Assembly: GCA_902793375.1 (NCBI GenBank)
Contig: CADBDE010000002.1
Span: 15,810-79,809, forward strand
DNA length: 64,000 nucleotides
Source of the DNA: an uncultured Erysipelotrichaceae bacterium
GTDB taxonomy: Bacteria > Bacillota_I > Bacilli_A > RF39 > UBA660
Reading direction: 5' to 3'
In this document: one piece after another, positions 55,511 through 63,782 of the stretch
Position numbering within the stretch: the first letter of the stretch is position 1
How the letters are laid out: every line of letters starts with the position of its first letter
Notes under the pieces: generated by a model
The model's database searches: none
Seen by the model: the letters and a program-made list of their open reading frames with translations, nothing else
What the model was told of the DNA's origin: nothing
Position numbers and translations under genes: made by a program

Positions 55511-57355
55511 TTATAAACTCCAATATTCTGGATCAACAAGTCTTATTCTTTTATAATTTTCTGCTCTGTATTTTTCATTAACAAAGTTTCCTTTTATTAC
55601 AATAGCTGCTGATACAGTTCCATGTTCAGTAAACATAAATATTTTTTGACCATTAATTAAAACAGTATTTTCTGGAACTAAATAAACTTGTTCTTTGTTT
55701 GAACCAGATACTTTAATTTGAACATATTCTTCACTAACTGATTCATTTTTATCAAGTTGAACATTTTTTTCATTCTTAAATAGTTTTATTCCCTTATAAT
55801 CCTTATTTATAAGTTTTTCTTTTTTAGCATTTGCTTTTTCAAGCTTTTTTACAAATGCTATCTTTGCTTTTTCTTCAATTTTTCTTTTTTTCTCATATAA
55901 CTTTAATTGTTTATTAGCAATTTTTTGCTTTTTAATTCTAGCTTTTTCTAATTTTTTCTCTTCTCTTTTTAAAATTCTTTGTTCTTTTTTCTGAATCTTT
56001 TGTTGCCTTTTTTGATTTTTTTGTTCAAGTTTAATTCTCTTTGATTCTATTTTGGCTAATCTCTTTTCTTCTTTCTTTTCAGCTTTTTTCTTTGCTTTTT
56101 CTTTCTTTGCTTTTTCTTTAGCCTTTTTTTCTTTTGATTCTTGAGCCTTTTTTATTTTATCTTCTTTTTCTTTTTGTTTTTTTTCTATTTCACGTTTTTT
56201 GTTTAGTTCTTGAGCCTTTATCTTTTTTTGTTCTTCTCTAGCGATCTTTCTTTCTTCTTTTTTTTCTTTTTTTGCTTTTCGCTTTTCTTCCTTAGCTAGT
56301 TTTTTTTCTTCTTTTCTTTTTTCTTTTGCTTTTTTCTTTTCAGCTTCTTGTTGTGCTAGTAGTTTCTCTTCTTTTTCTCTTTTTTTCTTTTCTATTTCCT
56401 GTTCTTTTGCTAATTCTTCTGCTATTTGTTGTCTTTTCTCTTCTTTTAATCGTTTTTTTTCTTCTTTAGCTAGTCTTTTTTCTTCTTTCTTTTTTTCTTT
56501 TACAAGGTTGTTTTGTTTTGATTTTTCTTCATTTTCTTTTTCAATTATTTTTAATTCTAATTGTTTTTGTTTTTCTTGTAGTAGCCTTTCTTTTTCTTTT
56601 TTCTTTTTTTCTTCTGCTTCTTGTTTTGCTAATAGTTTTTCTTCTTTTTCTAACTCTTTAATTTTTAATTGTCTTGCTTCTTCTTTTAAACGTTTTCTTT
56701 CTTCCTTAGCAAGTCTTTTCTCTTCTTTTCTTTTTTCTTTTGCTTTTTTCTTTTCTTCTTTTGCTAATTTTTTTAGTTTTAATTTTTCCTCTATTTCTTT
56801 TTCTTTATTCTTTAATTCTATTTCTCTTTGCTTTTCTTGTAGTAGCCTTTCTTTTTCTTTTTTCTTTTTCTCTTCTGCTTCTTGTTTTGCTAATAGTTTT
56901 GCTTCTTCTTCTCTTTTTTTCTTTTCTATTTCTATTTCTTGTTCTTTCTGCTTAGCTCTTAATTGTTTTTCTTCCTCTTTTAAACGCTTTTTTTCTTCTT
57001 TTAAACGATTCTTTTCTTCTTTAATTAATCTTTTTTCTTCATTTTTTAATTCTAAAAATTCTTTTTTTTCTTTTTTTCTTTTTTCACGTTCTTTATCTCT
57101 AATCTTTTTCTTTTCAAGTTTTTCTTTTTTCTTTTCTTCTCTTTTTGATTTATAAATAGCTATTTTATTAGAGATACTATCCTTTTTTATTACTTCATAG
57201 TTTACATTTTTACTATTTGTCTTTTTAGTTATACTTTTTTTATCAATTCCGTCATTATTTAAAAATTTGTACATTAATTCAATTAAGAATGTCCATACAA
57301 AAACTAGTATTAATATCAATACTATACATACTATAATTTTTACCATCTCAGACAT
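55511..57355 (-). CDS. membrane-anchored protein with about 450-residue Lys/Glu/Arg-rich repetitive region and small beta-rich C-terminal domain
   Basis: N-terminal TM (VKIIVCIVLILILVFVWTFLIELM), then a continuous KEEKRLAKEEKKRLKEE-type sequence. C-terminus VQIKVSGSNKEQVYLVPENTVLINGQKIFMFTEHGTVSAAIVIKG. Start taken at the ATG at 57355, 11 nt after GGGGAG. Confidence 0.6.
   Translation of the reverse strand: MSEMVKIIVCIVLILILVFVWTFLIELMYKFLNNDGIDKKSITKKTNSKNVNYEVIKKDSISNKIAIYKSKREEKKKEKLEKKKIRDKEREKRKKEKKEFLELKNEEKRLIKEEKNRLKEEKKRLKEEEKQLRAKQKEQEIEIEKKKREEEAKLLAKQEAEEKKKKEKERLLQEKQREIELKNKEKEIEEKLKLKKLAKEEKKKAKEKRKEEKRLAKEERKRLKEEARQLKIKELEKEEKLLAKQEAEEKKKKEKERLLQEKQKQLELKIIEKENEEKSKQNNLVKEKKKEEKRLAKEEKKRLKEEKRQQIAEELAKEQEIEKKKREKEEKLLAQQEAEKKKAKEKRKEEKKLAKEEKRKAKKEKKEERKIAREEQKKIKAQELNKKREIEKKQKEKEDKIKKAQESKEKKAKEKAKKEKAKKKAEKKEEKRLAKIESKRIKLEQKNQKRQQKIQKKEQRILKREEKKLEKARIKKQKIANKQLKLYEKKRKIEEKAKIAFVKKLEKANAKKEKLINKDYKGIKLFKNEKNVQLDKNESVSEEYVQIKVSGSNKEQVYLVPENTVLINGQKIFMFTEHGTVSAAIVIKGNFVNEKYRAENYKRIRLVDPEYWSL
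56575..56900. repeat. long-period in-frame direct repeat (261-nt period) inside the K/E-rich gene
   Basis: Segments 56575-56639 and 56836-56900 are 65 nt each and identical at 64 of 65 positions. They encode KLLAKQEAEEKKKKEKERLLQEKQ twice (residues 167-190 and 254-277 of the track ORF). A third, divergent copy starts at about residue 345. Confidence 0.85.
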
Positions 57356-57423
57356 ACTACATGTCACTCCCCTTTTTTGTGCCCTATTATAACACAAGAG
57401 TATGAATTTGTCGAGTTTTTTAA

Positions 57424-57457
57424 TAAAAAAAAAGAAAGATAGTCTTTCTTATTTTTT
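57424..57457. terminator. bidirectional rho-independent terminator
   Basis: AAGAAAGA-tag-TCTTTCTT, flanked by A9 and T6. Confidence 0.6.
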
Positions 57458-57777
57458 ACTTTTTTTCATATATTGTATCTTTTCCTAATGAATCAAGTAT
57501 ATTTTATTTATCATTTTCTATTGTAAATGTTGTTTCAAATGGAGCAGAATTACCATAATATCGAAATGTTATCTCCATCTATTTTATATGTTCCTTTCAT
57601 TTTTGTCCCATATACATAGTATTCACAAGTTTCATCATCATTAAAAAAATAATAATTATTACCACCAGGATATTCCCATTTACCTACTATTGGATTATTT
57701 TCTTTTTTGTTGCATCCTAACAAAAATGCACAAATTGATAATATAACTAAATTAATTATTAATCTTTTCTTAATCAT
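57456..57777 (-). pseudogene. decayed lipocalin-like-domain lipoprotein
   Basis: Lipobox ICAFLLGC-NKK, then GKWEYPGG...GTYKIDGDNISILW and a stop. The sequence continues in another frame as NSAPFETTFTIENDK, then TAA, then NILDSLGKDTIYEKK and a stop. That is one frameshift plus one nonsense codon (probably TTA to TAA). Confidence 0.5.
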
Positions 57778-57929
57778 AAGTAATTTGATCTGTTCTTGCT
57801 ATTGAAAAAACTACTAAAAAAACTAAATTTAAATCTTTTTCTTCAAATATTATATCATAGTATATGTTCTTCTTTTTTATTTGTTAAGTTGTTTTCAAAT
57901 CCAAAAAGTAATTCTCCAAATAATTATTA

Positions 57930-57945
57930 ATATATATATATATAT
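57930..57945. repeat. (AT)8 dinucleotide microsatellite
   Basis: atatatatatatatat, read directly. It lies in the intergenic region upstream of the Sir2 gene. Confidence 0.9.
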
Positions 57946-58023
57946 CATCTTCATTATATCATATAGATATCTTAATTGTAAGAAAGTATTTTTATTATGA
58001 TATAATAAAGTTAGGAGAAGACT

Positions 58024-58743
58024 ATGGATAAAATTAAAAAATTACAAGAATTAATTGATAATTCAAATTATATTGTTTTTTTTGGAGGTGCTGGAGTTTC
58101 AACTGAAAGTGGTATAAAAGATTTTAGAGGAAAAAATGGATTATACAAAGAAAAAAAATACTTATCAAAATCTCCAGAATATATGTTAAGTAATATTTGC
58201 TTATTTAAGGAACCGGAATTATTCTTTGATTATTATAGAGATAACTTAGATTGTTCTAATATTAAGCCAAATATTACACATTACTATTTAACAAAATTAG
58301 AAGATAAAAAAAAATTAAAAGCAATTATTACTCAAAACATTGATGGATTACATCAAAAAGCCGGATCTAAAAATGTATTAGAATTACATGGTACAACAGC
58401 AAAAAATTATTGTATAAAATGTAAAAAAGAATATCCAAAAGATTATATTTTTAACTCTAAAGGAATTCCAAAATGTGATTGTGGTGGAATAGTAAGACCA
58501 AATGTTGTTTTATATGGTGAAATGTTACCTGAAGAATATAATCAAGCTATAAAGTATATTTCAAATGCTGATTTATTAATTGTTGCTGGAACATCACTAA
58601 CTGTACAACCAGCAAGTGGATTAGTGAGCCTATTTAATGGAAAGCATTTAGTTATAATTAATGATTCAAAAACACCATATGACTACTTAGCAGAATTAGT
58701 AATAAATGACTCTCTAGGAAATATTTTTTCAAAATTAAAATAG
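58024..58743 (+). CDS. cobB: NAD-dependent protein deacylase (Sir2 family)
   Basis: GAGVSTESGIKDFRG, QNIDGLH and the zinc ribbon CIKCKK...CDCGG. AGGAG RBS. Confidence 0.9.
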   Translation: MDKIKKLQELIDNSNYIVFFGGAGVSTESGIKDFRGKNGLYKEKKYLSKSPEYMLSNICLFKEPELFFDYYRDNLDCSNIKPNITHYYLTKLEDKKKLKAIITQNIDGLHQKAGSKNVLELHGTTAKNYCIKCKKEYPKDYIFNSKGIPKCDCGGIVRPNVVLYGEMLPEEYNQAIKYISNADLLIVAGTSLTVQPASGLVSLFNGKHLVIINDSKTPYDYLAELVINDSLGNIFSKLK

Positions 58744-58802
58744 TATTATATTTGAAAAAAAAATGGTTAAATGATATAACATAATTGAAAGGAAAAAACA
58801 AT

Positions 58803-59936
58803 ATGAATAAAAAGAAAATTATTATTATCGGAAGTGTCGTAGCAGCACTATTAATTATCGGATTAATTATTATATTATTTGCTACAAAAGGAAAAGAAAC
58901 AAAAGAAGAAAGTGATTCAAAAGAAATTATTACTATTACATTTGATGCTAATGGAGGAAATAAGATTGAAGATTTAAAAGTAACAAAGGGATCAACATTC
59001 AATCTTCCTGTACCTGAAAAAGAAAACTATACATTTATAGGATGGTTTAATGGAGAAACTAAATATACTGATGAAATCACAAATACAATTGATAAAAATA
59101 TAGTTTTAACGGCAAAATGGGAAGAAAAAAAGCCAGTAGAAATTACTAAGGATTCAATTAATATTACTTTTGATTCTAAGGGAGGATCTACTGTTAGTCC
59201 TATGACAGTCAAATGTGTAGATAATGTTGCAACAATTACAAAACTTCCTAAAGCAACAAAAGATTTTTATAATTTTATGTCATGGGAAGATAAACATGGA
59301 AAATCAATTTTAGATGGAGCTAAACTAACATGTGATTCTGATTTAGTATTATATGCTATTTGGGAATATGATGGCCCAGTTGCAAATCCAAATCAAAACA
59401 ATGTTCCAGATACACCACCAACACCACAAAAAACATATAAATGTCCAAGTGGTTTCGAATTAAAAGATACAACAAGATGCGTAAAATTAGCGTCGCCTGA
59501 ACCATCTTGCCCAACTGGAATGTCTTATTCTAGCAAGGCAAATAAATGTTATAAGTGGGTAGGAAATCCAACAAAAACATGTAAGTCATATGATGGTTAT
59601 GATGGAGTATATTTTGATAATACTCATGGAGCATATGGATGTGCATATGGAAGCAGAGATTCTTATCCAACTGAACAAACATGTAAAAATCAAGGATATG
59701 AATATGACTCAGCAGCACCAGGAAATCATTGTTGGGTACACATATATAGAGGAAACACTTATGTAAACACAACATGTCAAAATGGATATGAATATAAAAC
59801 AGCAACTGATCTTGGAGGAACACAGAATTCTGGATGTTATCAATTACAAGTCCCTTCTAAGAAATGTCCAGAAGGATACACAAATGCAAGTGTATATGGA
59901 GAATGTGCATTAATTCAAGATGCTATTTATGAATAA
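58803..59936 (+). CDS. membrane-anchored surface protein: two Listeria-Bacteroides-type repeats + Cys-rich C-terminal domain
   Basis: TM IIIIGSVVAALLIIGLIIILFA. ITFDANGGNKIED...YTFIGWFNG...LTAKWEE and ITFDSKGGSTV...YNFMSWED...LYAIWEY are Flg_new/List-Bact repeats. The C-terminal roughly 170 aa hold 16 Cys. Confidence 0.7.
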   Translation: MNKKKIIIIGSVVAALLIIGLIIILFATKGKETKEESDSKEIITITFDANGGNKIEDLKVTKGSTFNLPVPEKENYTFIGWFNGETKYTDEITNTIDKNIVLTAKWEEKKPVEITKDSINITFDSKGGSTVSPMTVKCVDNVATITKLPKATKDFYNFMSWEDKHGKSILDGAKLTCDSDLVLYAIWEYDGPVANPNQNNVPDTPPTPQKTYKCPSGFELKDTTRCVKLASPEPSCPTGMSYSSKANKCYKWVGNPTKTCKSYDGYDGVYFDNTHGAYGCAYGSRDSYPTEQTCKNQGYEYDSAAPGNHCWVHIYRGNTYVNTTCQNGYEYKTATDLGGTQNSGCYQLQVPSKKCPEGYTNASVYGECALIQDAIYE

Positions 59937-60134
59937 TTTAAAAGCATAGAAATGTTATTAAGAAAAAAAGTATAATTATAAATAATGTTAAAGATGATAT
60001 TATTAAATATAATAAAACATCTAAATTAAACTTAAAAACTAGAGTATGTCCTAATTGTGGAAAAATTGAATTTTATGTTAATTTAAAAAATACTGATAGT
60101 TATTAAATAAAAATAAAAGATTTAGGAAACAGTC

Positions 60135-60266
60135 CTAAATCTTCTTCTTTCTAATGGCACGATAATCATAGGGGTTTAAAACTTTTTTATAAACCTTTCC
60201 ATAATTATTATACTTCTTAAAATAAAGTAATAAAACTGCCTGTAAATTAGTAATACTACCAGGTAA
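60135..60266 (-). mobile_element. possible C-terminal remnant of a DDE (rve-type, IS3-like) transposase
   Basis: A 43-codon start-less frame reads LPGSITNLQAVLLLYFKKYNNYGKVYKKVLNPYDYRAIRKKKI and a stop. It resembles the conserved transposase tail Y..YNN.R....L...SP..YR. A hairpin and T-run follow (60117-60143). Nothing upstream survives. Confidence 0.35.
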
Positions 60267-60412
60267 TTAAATATAAAAATTTGTGTTATAATATTGGTAT
60301 AAAAAGTTAATTATCATTTGCAATTAATAGCAAAAGTAAATGTTAAAACACATTGCTTGTAGCAACGACATATTTGTAATAAACTGAACTTGATGAAAGG
60401 AGAAATTGTACT

Positions 60413-60919
60413 ATGTTGAAAGATAATCTAAAAACATTAAGAAAAAACAAAGGGCTTTCACAAGAAGAATTAAGTATTAAGTTAAATGTCGTAAGACAGA
60501 CAATTTCAAAATGGGAAACAGGATTATCTGTTCCAGATGCTGAAATGCTAGTAGCAATATCAGAACTTTTTGAAACACCGGTTAGTGAAATTCTTGGAGA
60601 AAATATTGAAAAAAAAGAAAAAGATGATTTAAAAGTAATATCTGAAAAATTAGAAGTAATTAATGAGCAATTATCAAATTATCAAAAGGAAAAAAGAAAG
60701 AAAAAAATTCAAGTGTTGATAATCATAGATATAAGTATCATTTTGTTATTCATATTGTTAGCAATATTGGATAGTCCTCATCAGACTTGGGATTATAGTA
60801 TTACCGAATGGGCTATATTAGGAACATTCTATCAAGCGTTTGAATGGATATTTATGAGATTAGCACCTATTGCTGTAATAATATTAACTACTATATTATT
60901 AATTAAAAAGAATAAATAA
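60413..60919 (+). CDS. XRE-family HTH regulator with C-terminal membrane anchor (2 TM)
   Basis: LKTLRKNKGLSQEELSIKLNVVRQTISKWETG is an HTH_3 domain, followed by a coiled linker and two TM segments. AAAGGAG RBS. Confidence 0.8.
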   Translation: MLKDNLKTLRKNKGLSQEELSIKLNVVRQTISKWETGLSVPDAEMLVAISELFETPVSEILGENIEKKEKDDLKVISEKLEVINEQLSNYQKEKRKKKIQVLIIIDISIILLFILLAILDSPHQTWDYSITEWAILGTFYQAFEWIFMRLAPIAVIILTTILLIKKNK

Positions 60920-60950
60920 TCTTAATATTAAGATATTACAACATAACTTA

Positions 60951-60983
60951 AAAACACTAACTAAATAGTTAGTGTTTTAATAT
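60951..60983. terminator. bidirectional terminator (XRE gene / tRNA-Trp)
   Basis: AAAACACTAAC-taaata-GTTAGTGTTTT, an 11-bp stem with T-runs in both orientations. Confidence 0.7.
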
Positions 60984-60989
60984 TCTTAA

Positions 60990-61063
60990 TGGCAGGGAAT
61001 GAGAGAATCGAACTCCCAACAGTGGTTTTGGAGACCATTATTATACCATTTAACTAATTCCCT
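60990..61063 (-). tRNA. trnW: tRNA-Trp (anticodon CCA)
   Basis: Minus strand AGGGAAT-TA-GTTA-AATGGTA-TAAT-A-ATGGT-CTCCAAA-ACCAC-TGTT-GGGAG-TTCGATT-CTCTC-ATTCCCT-G-CCA. This folds as a cloverleaf with a 7-bp acceptor stem, a T-loop TTCGATT and an encoded CCA. 74 nt. Confidence 0.95.
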
Positions 61064-61075
61064 ACGCATATAAGT

Positions 61076-61104
61076 ATTTTAGCACTACAATATGTTTTTT
61101 TCAA
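61076..61104 (-). promoter_or_regulatory. sigma-A promoter of tRNA-Trp
   Basis: Minus strand TTGAAA (61104-61099), a 17-nt spacer, then TAAAAT (61081-61076), 12 nt before the tRNA 5' end. Confidence 0.5.
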
Positions 61105-61129
61105 GAAAAAAATGCCTTAATAGGCATTT
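61105..61129 (-). terminator. rho-independent terminator of the hydrolase gene
   Basis: Minus strand: AAATGCCT-atta-AGGCATTT followed by TTTTTCTTG. Confidence 0.6.
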
Positions 61130-62532
61130 TCATTGTAATAACTATCTTTATTTTGAACTTGTTTCAATATAGTATTAAAATAATGCTCTTTAAATATATC
61201 TTCTAAATTAAAAGCAAAAGTTAATATATTACTAAATTTATAATTACTTTTATACTCATCATTTATCATTGGTTTAAGATAGAATAATATATTAAATATA
61301 TCATCTTTTAAACTATTATATTCTTTTTCACTTAATACATCTTTTATTTTATAATAATCTTTATCAAAAATAGAAATAAAAGAATTATATGATTTCTTTA
61401 ATGATTCTTTATCATTAGAATTTAATAATGATAATAATTTTATTGAATAATCTAAGTTTAAGTCTATTTTACTATTTTTAAAATGATTTATTATTTTATT
61501 CTTTTCAAATGATGTTTTGTTATTGATTAATCTATAAATATCTATAATAGAATTATAAATATCATCATATCCTGTTCTATCTTTTGGTAATGAATTAATA
61601 AATTTTTTTATAAATCTTTGTAAGTCAATTTCTTCTAATTCTTTTATTTTTTCACTAGAAAATATATCTAAATATCTCTCTTTAATATTTTTACTATTTG
61701 TTGTAACATCCTCATCTATTCCACTATGATATAATCCCCATGATTCTGGATAAACATATGTTACTATATCATTCTTATTAATTACATTATGAATGTTTTT
61801 ATATTTTTTATCTATATTTGAATATTTTGGAGATTCAAATGAATATACATATAGATCTTCTTTTTCAATATTGTATTCTTTTGATTCTTCATTAATATGA
61901 ACTCCTACTAATCCAGATATAGCTGCTGCTCTTGAGTAGCCAGTTACCAGTAATTTATAATCTTTTATTTTATTATTATTAATATAATCTTTTAATCTAT
62001 TTAATACAATAACAGAAGAATCATCAAAACCCTTTGCATTTCCTTTATTACCTAAATCTAAATTAGATTCCCATTCACTTTGGTAACTTGCTCCTCTTAA
62101 TACTATAATTACTAATTCATATTTATCATTTAATTTTTTATGAGCAATAGAAGTTCCAATTGTATCTTTACTAAAATCATTTAGATCATAATACTCTACA
62201 TCATTAAACTCTAATTCATTATATATTTTATTTAAATTATAATTAACTTCTTCTTTTCTATTAGTTGGATTAAAAGATAATGCAATAGATAGTGCAAATG
62301 TTCTTAAATGTTCATTTTCAAGATAACTCGAATCCTTAAAATAAGAATCACTATAATAATAATCACTTTCAATTGATTCATCAGTAATTGTTTGTTCATA
62401 TTCATATTTATTACTAATTAGTCTATCATCATAGTAATAATCATTACTTTTACTAGTTCCTATAATTAATATTGTTGTTAATATAGCTACTAATAATACA
62501 ATTGTTGAAATTATAATACCTTTTTTCTTCAT
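61117..62532 (-). CDS. membrane-anchored/secreted putative alpha/beta-hydrolase (lipase/esterase-like)
   Basis: N-terminal TM (IIISTIVLLVAILTTILIIG). Candidate nucleophile elbow LLVTGYSRAAAISG (G-Y-S-R-A). The family is not identified with certainty. Confidence 0.4.
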   Translation of the reverse strand: MKKKGIIISTIVLLVAILTTILIIGTSKSNDYYYDDRLISNKYEYEQTITDESIESDYYYSDSYFKDSSYLENEHLRTFALSIALSFNPTNRKEEVNYNLNKIYNELEFNDVEYYDLNDFSKDTIGTSIAHKKLNDKYELVIIVLRGASYQSEWESNLDLGNKGNAKGFDDSSVIVLNRLKDYINNNKIKDYKLLVTGYSRAAAISGLVGVHINEESKEYNIEKEDLYVYSFESPKYSNIDKKYKNIHNVINKNDIVTYVYPESWGLYHSGIDEDVTTNSKNIKERYLDIFSSEKIKELEEIDLQRFIKKFINSLPKDRTGYDDIYNSIIDIYRLINNKTSFEKNKIINHFKNSKIDLNLDYSIKLLSLLNSNDKESLKKSYNSFISIFDKDYYKIKDVLSEKEYNSLKDDIFNILFYLKPMINDEYKSNYKFSNILTFAFNLEDIFKEHYFNTILKQVQNKDSYYNENAY

Positions 62533-62603
62533 ATAAACTACCAACCTATATATATTTTATTATAAATATTTGTAAAATAAAAGATTTTTATTAACGTAAA
62601 ATT

Positions 62604-62629
62604 TAAAAAAATGTGTTTATAACACATTT
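62604..62629 (-). terminator. rho-independent terminator
   Basis: Minus strand: AAATGTGTT-ata-AACACATTT followed by TTTTAAATTT. Confidence 0.6.
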
Positions 62630-63771
62630 TCTTTAGGTAATAGAAGTATTTGATTTATTTGTAATAAATCACTTGTTAAATTATTTAACTCTCTAATAAT
62701 ATTAATTGGAACATTATATCTTCTTGAAATTGAATATAATGTATCTCCTCTTTGAACAGAATATTCTATATAATTATTTCTTGGTACAATTAATTGCTTT
62801 CCAATTGTTAATAAATCAGATGTTAGATTATTTAATCTTATTAATTCTTGAACTGTTGTTCCAAATAATCTAGCAATTGAATATAATGTATCTCCTCTTC
62901 TTACTGTGTACAAATCATCTCTTTCTGGATTTGTTGGTTCATTATTATCTTGTCTTGCAACACATGATTCTGAAAGTTTTATTATTTGTCCCGGATATAT
63001 TATTGTAGAATCAAGATTATTTAATTTAACTATATCATCTACTGTTACATTACAATTGTTTGCTATTTTCCATAAAGTATCACCTGGCTTAATTGTATAA
63101 TCAATTACTCCTACTATTTGAATTCCATTAGTAGGTATTAGCAATTGTTCTCCAATATATACTTCAGGAGAATTTAATCTATTAAGAGTTAGTAACTCTT
63201 CTACTGATACTCCAAAGTTTTGCGCTATTGAATATAAAGAATCACCATTTTTAACAATATAAATTGTATAATCATTTTGAAGTATTTCTTCTCTTGTTGG
63301 AATTACTAATCTTTGACCTATTTGTAATACATTTGAAGATAAGTTATTAATTCTTTTTAATTCATCTACTGTTACATTATTAGAGTTTGCTATTCCCCAT
63401 AGTGTATCTCCTCTTTTTACAATATAAACGTTTGAGTCACTAATACTTTCATTTGGAGCAGTATAAGGAACTCCTATGTAGTTAGAAACTGCTTTAACAA
63501 CACCTTCTGCATAATCAAGTAGGTTATTTTGAAGCTTATTTAAATCTCTTTGATTATCAATAAATCCATATTCAATTAATACTGATTCAGTGTTTGGAGT
63601 TTGCCTCATAATATAATAATAGTCTTTAGACGGATCTTCAGGTAGTCTTCTTTGATAAACTTTTCTTTGAATTTGACCTTTATTACCAATTTCATTTAAA
63701 ATCATTTTTGCCAAAGTATCATCATTTCTTAAAGAGTAAATAACTTCAGCTCCTTCTCCACCTCGTGATAG
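62617..63771 (-). pseudogene. 5'-truncated N-acetylmuramoyl-L-alanine amidase (Amidase_3 C-terminal half) with five LysM repeats
   Basis: The open frame begins right after a TGA at 63772-63774 with LSRGGEGAEVIYSLRNDDTLAKMILNEI...ESVLIEYGFIDN. This is the second half of an Amidase_3 domain. The signal peptide and first half (the Zn-ligand His/Glu region) are absent, and no RBS precedes the first TTG or ATG. Five LysM units follow (Y.V..GDTL..IA...). Confidence 0.6.
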
Positions 63772-63782
63772 TCAAAATGTAA

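Noticed and set aside
56508-57155. 215-aa and 71-aa plus-strand ORFs rich in Ser, Phe and Leu (FSSFSFS...).
   Set aside because: They are antisense shadows of the K/E-rich gene: AAA/GAA/AAG codons read as TTT/TTC/CTT on the other strand. They have no RBS and are pure low complexity.
57778-58023. Possible small RNA or ORF in the 245-bp gap upstream of the Sir2 gene.
   Set aside because: I saw only short start-less frames, an (AT)8 tract and a TGATATAAT -10 element. I found no conserved-looking structure or terminator-bounded unit.
59942-60106. 54-codon frame ending in a CPNCG zinc-ribbon-like motif.
   Set aside because: It has no ATG, GTG or TTG in frame and no RBS. I treated it as a gene fragment (see finding), not as a CDS.
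60413-60919. XRE regulator as the antitoxin or repressor of a toxin-antitoxin or defence module.
   Set aside because: There is no adjacent small toxin or effector ORF. The protein is membrane-anchored and followed directly by a terminator and a tRNA gene.
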